DNA of 34,894 bases from a virus. Its lineage: Duplodnaviria > Caudoviricetes. The notes under the pieces were generated by a model. It was given only the letters and a program-made list of their open reading frames with translations. It searched no databases and had not been told where the DNA came from. Where the stretch lies: positions 1 to 34,894 of IMG/VR virus record IMGVR_UViG_3300022741_000079. One strand, given 5' to 3'. This document shows, piece by piece, positions 25,061 to 32,944 of the stretch. Position 1 is the first letter of the stretch; every line of letters begins with the position of its first letter. Both the position numbers and the translations under genes were made by a program.

Positions 25061-25351
25061 ATGTCCCTCAAAGCCAAACTCCAACTGCACATGAAGCTGC
25101 ACAAAGGCGGCAGCGTTTACGTCTGGGAGGCCACCGACTATCCCGGTCTGCAGATCTGCGACCGGCGCGAGACCAGCAAAGACCCTGTCGTCCGGACGAT
25201 CACCTACAAGGATCAGGAATACAAGACCATTGCCGATGCCGTCGAAGCAGCGAAAGCCGCTGCGCCTGTTCTTCAGCCGGGTTTGGTCTGCGCAGGATGC
25301 AACAAGCCGACCACGCTCTTCAAGCCTATCTGCGACGATTGCCTGCCATGA
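25061..25351 (+). CDS. Hypothetical protein with a C-terminal zinc finger
   Basis: CAGC...CDDC. Confidence 0.6.
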   Translation: MSLKAKLQLHMKLHKGGSVYVWEATDYPGLQICDRRETSKDPVVRTITYKDQEYKTIADAVEAAKAAAPVLQPGLVCAGCNKPTTLFKPICDDCLP

Positions 25352-25626
25352 CCGCCAGCGACCTCTTCGGCAATCCGGTATCCGCAGCCGCCCTGCAGCG
25401 TAAGCCTGCGCTGTTGAAGGGAACGCGGCGCGAAGCCCGCGCCTCGGATCTTCCCGGCCCTGCCGGCGAAACCTGCAGGACGTGCCGTCACGCCTATTAC
25501 CGGCAGCAAGGCAAGCGCTACTGGAAATGCGCCATCGCCAAACGTGCAGCCACGAATGGCCCCGGTACCGACATCCGCCTTAAAGACCCCGCCTGTGCGC
25601 GGTGGGAAAAGGAAGACACGCCGTGA
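25348..25626 (+). CDS. Small Cys-rich hypothetical protein
   Basis: GPAGETCRTCRH...YWKC...TDIRLKDPACARW; ATGA overlap. Confidence 0.65.
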   Translation: MTASDLFGNPVSAAALQRKPALLKGTRREARASDLPGPAGETCRTCRHAYYRQQGKRYWKCAIAKRAATNGPGTDIRLKDPACARWEKEDTP

Positions 25627-25648
25627 TGCCTGTTCCCTGCCCCGTCAG

Positions 25649-25831
25649 CTTTCTCCGTTTGCGTACCTCTCAAGCATCGTGCTGTCCCATGCCATACGCG
25701 GGCGCTTCCCGCGTCAACAGGAATAATCGGTTCCCCCTGAAGGTTTCCCCCAATTTTCCTGTATGACGCCGCCCCCGCTGCTGGCTTTTCGGGGACATGC
25801 CCGAGAGGCAACGCAAAACAAAAGGAGAAAG
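25649..25831. promoter_or_regulatory. Long imperfect hairpin; putative ssDNA (Frpo/ssi-like) promoter 1
   Basis: Nested pairs CTTTCTCC/GGAGAAAG, TTTGCGT/ACGCAAA, CCTCTC/GAGAGG, TGTCCC/GGGACA, GCGTCAACAGGAA/TTCCTGTATGACGC. Confidence 0.65.
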
Positions 25832-25834
25832 ACC

Positions 25835-26041
25835 ATGACGAAGAAGAAAGAGAACAAGGCCCCCACGATGTCCGCATTCCACGTCCGCAAGGGCAGAGAC
25901 GGCGGCAAAGGCTTCTGGACCCGCATCGGCGCCGCATGGCCGCACGAAGACGGCAACGGCTTCAACATCCAGCTCGACTGCGTGCCGGTAGACGGCAAGA
26001 TCGTCCTGCGCAAGGCCGACGAAGACGAGGCGGGCGCGTAA
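25835..26041 (+). CDS. Small plasmid-type protein, putative ssDNA-binding (DUF736-related), 68 aa
   Basis: FWTRIGAAWPHEDGNGFNIQLD motif; AAAGGAG RBS. Confidence 0.65.
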   Translation: MTKKKENKAPTMSAFHVRKGRDGGKGFWTRIGAAWPHEDGNGFNIQLDCVPVDGKIVLRKADEDEAGA

Positions 26042-26084
26042 GCGCCCCCTCTCTTCCCTTCAACAGCAAGACGGAGGACTGAAC

Positions 26085-26303
26085 ATGACGGTAACCCGCG
26101 CAGCCATATCGGCCAACCTGCACGCGCTTGGCGAAATCCTCGACGATGCGCAGCTCCGAGTGTCCGAAGGCATCATGGCCATCGATGCTGAAGGCAACCA
26201 GAACGGCGCCATCGGCTCTGTCCTCGACCTCGACCGCAAGCTCGAAAGCGCCCTCGCGCTCCTGCGCGCGGCTCTCGCTCTTCACCGCAATGGAAAGGCT
26301 TAA
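26085..26303 (+). CDS. Hypothetical helical protein
   Basis: GGAGG RBS; GNQNGAIGSVL. Confidence 0.65.
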   Translation: MTVTRAAISANLHALGEILDDAQLRVSEGIMAIDAEGNQNGAIGSVLDLDRKLESALALLRAALALHRNGKA

Positions 26304-26305
26304 TC

Positions 26306-26638
26306 ATGGCAAAGCAGTACACCGTCCGCTTCAGCGAAACCGTTCATTACGCAGCCACCGTCACGGCCGACACGCCGCAGGACGCCTGCGCACAGGTGCG
26401 GGAGCAGTTCGAGCAAGGCGGATACGTCCACGAGGAAACGACCTCCGTCAGCGACTACGTGGCAGAAGCCACCCCGAAAGGCACCGCCTTCGACCTCCTG
26501 CAGCAGGCAGATGGTCACATCTCGAAGGCTGCGAAAGCCTGCCGCGAAAACGACCAGAACGGCGTCCTCGGCGCTCTGATCCACGTCACGGCCATCCTGC
26601 AGTCCGTCAGGCGCAACATCCGCAACCTCATACCTTAA
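26306..26638 (+). CDS. Hypothetical two-domain protein
   Basis: YTVRFSETVHYAATVTADTPQDA N-domain; C-domain resembles 26085-26303. Confidence 0.65.
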   Translation: MAKQYTVRFSETVHYAATVTADTPQDACAQVREQFEQGGYVHEETTSVSDYVAEATPKGTAFDLLQQADGHISKAAKACRENDQNGVLGALIHVTAILQSVRRNIRNLIP

Positions 26639-26661
26639 CCCTTAACCCGAAAGGTAAAAGC

Positions 26662-26853
26662 ATGACCAGCAGCATCAAATGGAACAGTCGCGAGTACCAG
26701 ACGCTCAGGAAGTGCGCCGAAGCGCTCGCAAACTCCAGACCTGACAAAGGTTTCGAGGCACGTCACAAGCAGGCGTATATGGAAGCCGCCAAACTGCTGA
26801 ACGACATCGGCGATCAGCACGACAAGGCTCAAGAGAGTGCAGGTGCAGCATGA
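26662..26853 (+). CDS. Hypothetical protein, 63 aa
   Basis: AAAGGT RBS; MTSSIKWNSREY... Confidence 0.55.
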   Translation: MTSSIKWNSREYQTLRKCAEALANSRPDKGFEARHKQAYMEAAKLLNDIGDQHDKAQESAGAA

Positions 26854-27074
26854 TGACCACCGTAAAACAAGCTTGGGAAATGTGCTGCCCGAACTGTGGC
26901 GCAGATAGCCGCATCGACGTTCTCGCTCAAATCTGGGTTCGCCTTCTGCCCAATGGCACCGACGCTGCGCAGGCGTCTGAAGCCAGCGAAGAGTGGGATA
27001 ACAATTCCCCCTGCATCTGCGAGCACTGCGGCCACAGAGGCACCGTAGGCGACTTTGCCACCGGACAACCGTAA
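26850..27074 (+). CDS. Zinc-ribbon protein
   Basis: CPNCG...CEHCG. Confidence 0.7.
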   Translation: MMTTVKQAWEMCCPNCGADSRIDVLAQIWVRLLPNGTDAAQASEASEEWDNNSPCICEHCGHRGTVGDFATGQP

Positions 27075-27103
27075 CTATCCACCCCAACCGAAAGGAAACC
27101 ACC

Positions 27104-28930
27104 ATGACCGACATCCAGCACATCCCCCTGAACAAGCTCATCGCATGGGAAGGCAACGCCCGCCGCACCGTGTCCGATGAAGGTATCAACGAACTGGCCG
27201 CATCCATCGCGGCCGATGGCCTCATCAACCCGCTGACCGTCATCCCCGCCAAGGGCAAAGGCCAGAACTTCCACGTCGTCGCCGGCAGCCGACGCCTGCG
27301 CGCGCTGCAGCTGCTTGCCGACCGCAAAGAGCTGAAGGCCGCAGACGGTATCCGCTGCACCGTCCTGCCCGCCGATGCCGACGCGGAACAAATCAGCCTG
27401 GCCGAGAACGTGGTGCGCGAGAACATGCACCCCGCCGACGAGTTCGAGGCATTCCGTGACCTCATCGACAAAGGCAAATCCATCGATGATGTCGCCGCCG
27501 CCTTCGGCAAAGCCCGTGCTTGGGTTGTGAAGCTACTGAAGCTGGCCCGCGTCAGTCCCAAGGTCATCGAGGCATACCGCGCCGGGAAGATCACCCTCGA
27601 CATGGTCATGGCCTTCGCCATCACCGACGACCACGAAGCGCAGGAAGAAGTGCTGTCAAAGCTGCGCCCGCATAACGATGCCGATGACGTCCGCGGCATG
27701 CTGACCGAGGATGACATCCGCATTACCGACAAGCGCGTGAAATTCGTCGGTCTCAAGGCTTACGAAAAAGCAGGCGGCACCGTCAAACGCGACCTGTTCA
27801 GCAACGACGAGAAGGACGGCTATGTCGAAGACACCGCCCTGCTCGCAAAGCTGATCACCGACAAGCTCGACAAGGCCGCGGCAAAGCTCCAGAAAGAGGG
27901 CTGGAAATGGGTCGAAGCCCGCGAGGAGTTCGACTACACCGCCCGCAACAAGTTCAAGCAGGTCTATGCGCAGAAAGCCCCGCTGCCTGCGGAGCTGGAA
28001 GCCGAGGTCAAAAAGCTCGGAGAAGAACGCGCAAAGCTCGAAGCCGAATACGATGCCGATGAGGATGCCGAATGGCCTGACCGCATCGACGAGATTGACC
28101 AGCGTCTCGAAGAAATCGAGGACGGCCGCGAGGAATCCTTCACACCCGAGCAGCTGTCATACTGCGGCGCCGTGGTCAGCATGGACTACTACGGCAAGCA
28201 GGAAATCTATCGCGGACTCGCGCGACCGGAAGACCTGCCGAAGCCTGAAGGCAAAGCCAAAGGCAAGGCGTCACCTGCAGCAGACGGTCAAACCGAACCG
28301 GCAGAGCAATCCCCCGCCCTGTCCGCAGCCCTCATCGAGAGCCTGACCGAACACAAGTCGGCCGCCATCGCAGCCTGCCTGATGGACGACCGGCGCATCG
28401 CGCTTGCCGCGGTGGTCTACACCATGGCGCTTGAGGTGTTCGACAACTACGTCGAAAGCTGCCTTGGCTTCCGCATCACGTCCCGCGACCTCGACGCGGT
28501 CGAAGGCTCCAAGGCGTTCGACAAGTTGGAAGCAGCCCGCGAAAACTGGGGCCACAAAATCCCCGGCACGCCGGATGCTCTGTGGTCATGGTGCATGTTG
28601 CAGGACATCAATACGTTGCTCGACCTGCTGGCCTTCTGCACGGCAAAGACCGTCCACGCTGTGGAGCGCAAGAACGACCGCCGCGGCGACAGACTCGAGA
28701 ACGCGACGCAGCTGGCCTGCGAGTTGAACCTCGACATGGCCGAATGGTTCACGCCCACGGCAGAGAACTACTTCGGCAAAGTCGGCAAACCGCAAATCGT
28801 CGAAGCCCTGCAGGAGGTCGGCGCTTCCCTGCCCCCGGCAACGATGAAGAAAGGCGACATGGCCAAGTTTGCCGAGGAGCAACTGGCCGGCAAAGGCTGG
28901 GTGCCTGAAATCCTCCGTCTCCCCTCGTAA
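27104..28930 (+). CDS. Long ParB-domain protein (plasmid leading-region type)
   Basis: 608 aa; ELAASIAADGLINPLTV, VVAGSRRLRAL, SLAENVVRENMHPADEFEAF, HTH, YEKAGG..KRDLF, WFTPTAENYF, GWVPEILR. Confidence 0.9.
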   Translation: MTDIQHIPLNKLIAWEGNARRTVSDEGINELAASIAADGLINPLTVIPAKGKGQNFHVVAGSRRLRALQLLADRKELKAADGIRCTVLPADADAEQISLAENVVRENMHPADEFEAFRDLIDKGKSIDDVAAAFGKARAWVVKLLKLARVSPKVIEAYRAGKITLDMVMAFAITDDHEAQEEVLSKLRPHNDADDVRGMLTEDDIRITDKRVKFVGLKAYEKAGGTVKRDLFSNDEKDGYVEDTALLAKLITDKLDKAAAKLQKEGWKWVEAREEFDYTARNKFKQVYAQKAPLPAELEAEVKKLGEERAKLEAEYDADEDAEWPDRIDEIDQRLEEIEDGREESFTPEQLSYCGAVVSMDYYGKQEIYRGLARPEDLPKPEGKAKGKASPAADGQTEPAEQSPALSAALIESLTEHKSAAIAACLMDDRRIALAAVVYTMALEVFDNYVESCLGFRITSRDLDAVEGSKAFDKLEAARENWGHKIPGTPDALWSWCMLQDINTLLDLLAFCTAKTVHAVERKNDRRGDRLENATQLACELNLDMAEWFTPTAENYFGKVGKPQIVEALQEVGASLPPATMKKGDMAKFAEEQLAGKGWVPEILRLPS

Positions 28931-28947
28931 CCGCCATGGTCAAACTC

Positions 28948-28980
28948 GCCCCGGTGCCTTCGGGCATCGGGGCATCTTTT
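28948..28980 (+). terminator. Intrinsic terminator
   Basis: GCCCCGGTGCC-TTCG-GGCATCGGGGC-ATCTTTT. Confidence 0.75.
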
Positions 28981-28999
28981 CAACCCCTCAAATGAGTAA

Positions 29000-29752
29000 A
29001 TGATCATGACATCACAGCAAGACAGACAGCGACCGCCGCCCGACAAATACGCCAAGCTCATCGAGAAGCTGAAAAAGCTTTTCTCCCTCGCCAATTCCGC
29101 GAACCAGCACGAGGCCGAAGCCGCGCTCGGCATGGCGAACCGCCTTATGACGGAACACCAGATTGCTTTGGCCGACATCGATTTCAGCGACAGCGGGAGC
29201 GTAACGCGCGAGGATATGGAGCTGGACGGCGGCCGGCAATCGACGTGGCTTGCATCCCTCGCCGGCAATGCGGCCATGCTGTATGACGCGCAGGCGTTTT
29301 ACTATTCGGGGCGCAGCGGACCGAACCTTCAGCTGCTGTTTGTCGGTACGCCGCCCGATATTGCTGCGGCCAAAATGACCTTCACCTATCTGCATCGCTC
29401 ATGGCAGAGCATCGTCAAGCTCGACCAGCAAGAGTATCGGCCGCGCAACGTCCGTACGTTCAGGCGCTCCCACGGCATCGGTTTCAATGCGGCAATCCAC
29501 AAGCGCGTGAAAGAGCTGGTCGAAGAGCGGCAGCGCAATGTCAGGTCCGCAACCGGCCGCGACCTCGTCGTCGTGAAAGACGCTGCCGTGAAGGAATTTC
29601 TGGAAGACCTCAACATCAAATCCAGAAAGCCCACCGGCGATAACGACAAGACAGGCCTTTATGCCGGATACCAGCGCGGCAAAGAAATTCCGCTGCACGG
29701 CGCCATCGAGGAAGAAGACAAACCGCTGATGCTCGAAAGCCGCAATCGTTGA
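29000..29752 (+). CDS. DUF2786 domain-containing protein
   Basis: KLIEKLKKLFSLANSANQHEAEAALGMANRLMTEHQI...FVG...GYQRGKEI. Confidence 0.8.
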   Translation: MIMTSQQDRQRPPPDKYAKLIEKLKKLFSLANSANQHEAEAALGMANRLMTEHQIALADIDFSDSGSVTREDMELDGGRQSTWLASLAGNAAMLYDAQAFYYSGRSGPNLQLLFVGTPPDIAAAKMTFTYLHRSWQSIVKLDQQEYRPRNVRTFRRSHGIGFNAAIHKRVKELVEERQRNVRSATGRDLVVVKDAAVKEFLEDLNIKSRKPTGDNDKTGLYAGYQRGKEIPLHGAIEEEDKPLMLESRNR

Positions 29753-29773
29753 CTCTCGGGCCGGCCATGCGGG

Positions 29774-30715
29774 ATGATGGCTTCGACGGGTCTGATGACG
29801 ATAAGTATCCCTCACCCCATCCCCTATCAGGGCAGCAAGCGCCGCCTCGCCACGCTGATACTCAGCTACGCGCCCGAGCGCGTGGCCACCATGTACGAAC
29901 CCTTTGCAGGCTCGGCGGCAATGACGCTGGCCGCAGCGGCGCGGAACGTGGCGGCGCGGTACGTCATCGGGGATTCCCTCGACCCGCTGGCGTCCCTCTG
30001 GAAAGCCATCATCGAAGACCCGAAGCAACTGGCCGACGACTACGAAGCGGTATGGGAAGCGCAGAAAGAAAACCCGCGCGACCACTATCTGCAGGTGCGG
30101 TCGGAATACAACCGCAGCCACCAGCCCGTGCATCTGCTGTACCTGATGGCGCGCTGCGTGAAGAACGCCGTCCGCTTCAACGCCTATGGCGAATTCAACC
30201 AGTCAGCCGACCATCGGCGCACGGGCATGAACCCGCAGAAGATGCGCCAGCAGATCCTCGGCGCCAGCAAAATCCTGTCGAAGCGCTGCCGCGTGCAATG
30301 CGCCGATTATGCCGACCTGATGCAGGAGGCCACGTCCAAAGACCTCGTCTATATGGACCCGCCGTATCAGGGCGTCAGCGGCGTCCGCGACCCGCGCTAT
30401 CACCAGCAGCTGAACCTCGGCAAGCTCATTGACAATCTGGAACGCCTGAACATCCGCGGCGTGCCGTACTTGCTCAGCTTCGACGGCCGCCTCGGCGACA
30501 AGGAATACGGGCAGGAGCTGCCGAAGTCGCTGAACCTGACGCGCGTCCTCGTGAACACCGGCAGGTCGTCGCAGGCGACGCTCAACGGCGACACCGCCGA
30601 GACGGTGGAATCCGTCTATCTATCGCCCGGCTTGGGCGATGGCATCGAGGTCAGCGTCACCTTGTCGCCGGAGGAAACGCCCGTCGACCAGCTCGACCTG
30701 CTGGCGACGGCTTAA
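29774..30715 (+). CDS. DNA adenine methyltransferase (Dam/D12, alpha class); cognate MTase of the adjacent endonuclease
   Basis: PIPYQGSKRRLA, YEPFAGSAA (motif I), VYMDPPY (motif IV); start may be ATG 29795. Confidence 0.9.
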   Translation: MMASTGLMTISIPHPIPYQGSKRRLATLILSYAPERVATMYEPFAGSAAMTLAAAARNVAARYVIGDSLDPLASLWKAIIEDPKQLADDYEAVWEAQKENPRDHYLQVRSEYNRSHQPVHLLYLMARCVKNAVRFNAYGEFNQSADHRRTGMNPQKMRQQILGASKILSKRCRVQCADYADLMQEATSKDLVYMDPPYQGVSGVRDPRYHQQLNLGKLIDNLERLNIRGVPYLLSFDGRLGDKEYGQELPKSLNLTRVLVNTGRSSQATLNGDTAETVESVYLSPGLGDGIEVSVTLSPEETPVDQLDLLATA

Positions 30716-31425
30716 CCCTTCTCGTCCAGAATCTTCTTGATGTAATCGGGCAGCGGCATCTTCGCCTGCAGCGCGTGCTTCAACAGGCGCGCATGGTTTT
30801 TGACCTCGTCGTCCGTCCACGTCACGACTTCGCGCCGCACCTGCTGCATCGCCAGATGCGTGTAGGCTTCGGGCGTGCCCCAATAGCAGGACATGCACGT
30901 CTTGCGGTCTTTTATCTTTTGCCAGTTCGGGCAATGCTCGCACGTCCATGACTTGCCGCGCTGACAGGAGCCGCATATCAGCATGAACGCGGCCTGATTG
31001 GACTGGTCCGCTACGTCGTCGCCGGCCACCTCATACGGCACGCGATGGTCGATCTGCAGGTAACGGTCTTCGTATTCCTGAAAGCAGATGGCGCAGCGTC
31101 CGTCCTGCTTCGCATACAGGTCGGTCTTCAGCAGCTTCGAAAAAACCTGACGGCCGCCCAGCTTGTGGCGCTCGACCTTCGACAGGTCGCCGAAGCGATA
31201 CGCCGCGATGCTGCGGCCATGCGCGCCCTTGAGCGAGAAGGTTTCGAGAGGGATGCCCTGCTCCCGCACGTCACGCGCGGCGCGCGGCGGATGGTCGTAT
31301 CCGTAAACGTCCTTCAATTCCTCGGTCGTGATGTGGCCGTGTTTGAGGATATGGTCGATGACCGTCTTGGCACGCTTGGCCGTTATCTTCGCCAGCGCGT
31401 CGAGGAATTCCTGCGGCGGGTTCAA
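30712..31425 (-). CDS. HNH-family type II restriction endonuclease (SphI/NspI-like)
   Basis: [49 protein letters not shown]; convergent with the MTase, downstream of the C gene. Confidence 0.8.
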   Translation of the reverse strand: MNPPQEFLDALAKITAKRAKTVIDHILKHGHITTEELKDVYGYDHPPRAARDVREQGIPLETFSLKGAHGRSIAAYRFGDLSKVERHKLGGRQVFSKLLKTDLYAKQDGRCAICFQEYEDRYLQIDHRVPYEVAGDDVADQSNQAAFMLICGSCQRGKSWTCEHCPNWQKIKDRKTCMSCYWGTPEAYTHLAMQQVRREVVTWTDDEVKNHARLLKHALQAKMPLPDYIKKILDEKG

Positions 31426-31643
31426 AATAGCTCCCGCGCTGGCACATCCAGCGCATCGGCAATCTTCTGGATGTTGACGAGGCTGACGTTTCTCTCGCCG
31501 CGCTCGATGCCGCCGATGTAGGTTCTATCCAGATCGCACGCGAGGGCGAGGGCTTCCTGCGAAAGCCCTTTCGCGGTGCGCAGCTCGCGCACACGCTGGC
31601 CGAACGCCTGCTTGATTGCCTCATCATTCTCTTTTCGGGGCAA
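31422..31643 (-). CDS. R-M controller (C) protein, XRE HTH
   Basis: [52 protein letters not shown]; C-boxes upstream; overlaps the endonuclease start. Confidence 0.88.
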   Translation of the reverse strand: MPRKENDEAIKQAFGQRVRELRTAKGLSQEALALACDLDRTYIGGIERGERNVSLVNIQKIADALDVPARELF

Positions 31644-31665
31644 GCCCTATCGAATCACCGCTGAT

Positions 31666-31691
31666 GACCATAAGTCCACGGACTTTAAGTA
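31666..31691 (-). promoter_or_regulatory. Tandem C-boxes
   Basis: Minus strand TACTTAAAGTC-CGTG-GACTTATGGTC, matching the GACTTATAGTC-type double C-box, 22 nt upstream of the C start. Confidence 0.8.
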
Positions 31692-31704
31692 CCGTCCCCA
31701 GCCG

Positions 31705-31731
31705 TGTTACAGAATTGGTAATTCTGTAACA
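31705..31731. other. Palindromic recombination (res) site of the adjacent resolvase
   Basis: TGTTACAGAATT-GGT-AATTCTGTAACA perfect inverted repeat; related half-site TTCTGTCACA at 31820. Confidence 0.65.
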
Positions 31732-31841
31732 GCCAGCCGCCCGCCGCGCAGCCCAAACCCGCAGAAAAGCCCGACTTCCCTGCCCCTTGCAGGCGGCGAC
31801 CTGATACAGTAATCATGAGTTCTGTCACAAACGGGGCAAAA

Positions 31842-32423
31842 ATGCAGATTTTCGACCAGCAAGGACGCCGCCTCTACTTCACCGAGGACGAGCGCAAGGG
31901 CTTCCTCCGGGCAGCCCAGAAGGCCCCCCGCGAGGTGCGGTCGTTCTGCTCGACCATCCTCTATACAGGCTGCCGGATATCCGAGACCTTGGCCCTGACC
32001 CCGCAGAGCATCGACCTGTCCGGCCGCGTCATCACCTTCGAGAGCCTCAAGAAGCGCAAGAAGGGCGTGTTCCGTCAGGTGCCGGTACCGCCCGACCTCA
32101 TCGACACGCTCGATATGGTGCACGGCATCCGCGAGCTGCAGCGCAAGGGCGGCAGCAGAGCAGCCCAGCGTCTCTGGCCGTGGAGCCGGATGACGGGTTA
32201 TCGCAAGGTGCAGGACGTGATCGATGCTGCCGGCATCGCGGCAGGCCCCCACGCCTGCCCGAAAGGTCTGCGTCACGGGTTTGGCATTCAGGCTGTCAGC
32301 AAGGGCATCGCCCTGAACATGGTGCAGAAGTGGCTCGGCCATGCGCAGCTGACCACGACAGCTATCTACGCCAATGCTGTTGGCGAAGAAGAACAGAGCA
32401 TCGCAGCCCGCATGTGGTCATGA
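31842..32423 (+). CDS. Small tyrosine recombinase (plasmid resolvase type)
   Basis: YTGCRISE, PKGLRHGF, WLGHAQLTTTAIY catalytic motifs; catalytic domain only; alternative ATG at 31815. Confidence 0.9.
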   Translation: MQIFDQQGRRLYFTEDERKGFLRAAQKAPREVRSFCSTILYTGCRISETLALTPQSIDLSGRVITFESLKKRKKGVFRQVPVPPDLIDTLDMVHGIRELQRKGGSRAAQRLWPWSRMTGYRKVQDVIDAAGIAAGPHACPKGLRHGFGIQAVSKGIALNMVQKWLGHAQLTTTAIYANAVGEEEQSIAARMWS

Positions 32424-32463
32424 CCACTCCCCCACGTTCCAGCAATCCAGCGCAGTGACGTTG

Positions 32464-32683
32464 ATGTCGGTTTATCCATAAGCGCCCCTTGGAGGCGTTT
32501 CAACTTCACTGGACACCTAACAGGCCCGCGCGTCCCGTCAATGACGAATTTTCCCCTCCCGCCGCATGTTCCACATGCAAAGCATGGCGGGATTCCTCGC
32601 GGGGCCAAAATTCTATGACCGTCCGCGCCTTCAGGCCTGTTTGACGGTGGCCATGTTGAACCGCACAAAGGGAGCGAAGACAT
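32464..32683. promoter_or_regulatory. Long imperfect hairpin; putative ssDNA (Frpo/ssi-like) promoter 2
   Basis: Nested pairs TTCAAC/GTTGAA, TGGACACC/GGTGGCCA, AACAGGCC/GGCCTGTT, GAATTTT/AAAATTC, TCCCGCC/GGCGGGA. Confidence 0.65.
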
Positions 32684-32777
32684 GGATACCGAAGATTTCA
32701 ACCTCGACCTGGCCGCCGAGATTCTGGAAGCGCACGAGCGCGAGCTGTTCGACGACGCCTTGGAGGTGCTGCAATGA
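32682..32777 (+). CDS. Tiny acidic protein, 31 aa
   Basis: MDTEDFNLDLAAEILEAHERELFDDALEVLQ; GGGAG RBS; stop overlaps the next ATG. Confidence 0.55.
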   Translation: MDTEDFNLDLAAEILEAHERELFDDALEVLQ

Positions 32778-32944
32778 ACACCTTCGACCAAGAGAACATC
32801 ACCGCCGAGCAGGCGCTGCACGATTCGATGGACTGCCTGCGCATGGCCGAGAAAATCCTGCGCGATCTGGGCCGAGCCGCTGTCGCTGACCTGATGCGCC
32901 AACAAGCTGACAAGAGCCTTCGGGTGCTGGGAGGCCGCGCATGA
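32774..32944 (+). CDS. Small hypothetical protein, 56 aa
   Basis: MNTFDQENITAEQALHDS...; GGAGG RBS; ATGA overlaps at both ends. Confidence 0.6.
   Translation: MNTFDQENITAEQALHDSMDCLRMAEKILRDLGRAAVADLMRQQADKSLRVLGGRA

Larger units (their letters stand above)
1..25626. mobile_element. Temperate podovirus-type phage moiety
   Basis: T7-like head-tail operon plus lambdoid immunity, replication and early operons. Confidence 0.85.

Noticed and set aside
21591-27097. Recurrent CGAAAGG motif before several genes
   Set aside because: Explained as Shine-Dalgarno context.
27104-28930. This ParB-domain protein as the partner of ParA
   Set aside because: ParA already has an adjacent RHH partner and centromere; the long form matches the leading-region type instead.
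31705-31731. Protelomerase telomere site of a linear phage-plasmid
   Set aside because: The palindrome has a 3-bp asymmetric centre and no protelomerase-sized gene is present.
31842-32423. Prophage integrase
   Set aside because: Too short, lacks arm- and core-binding domains; has a plasmid resolvase context and an adjacent palindrome.
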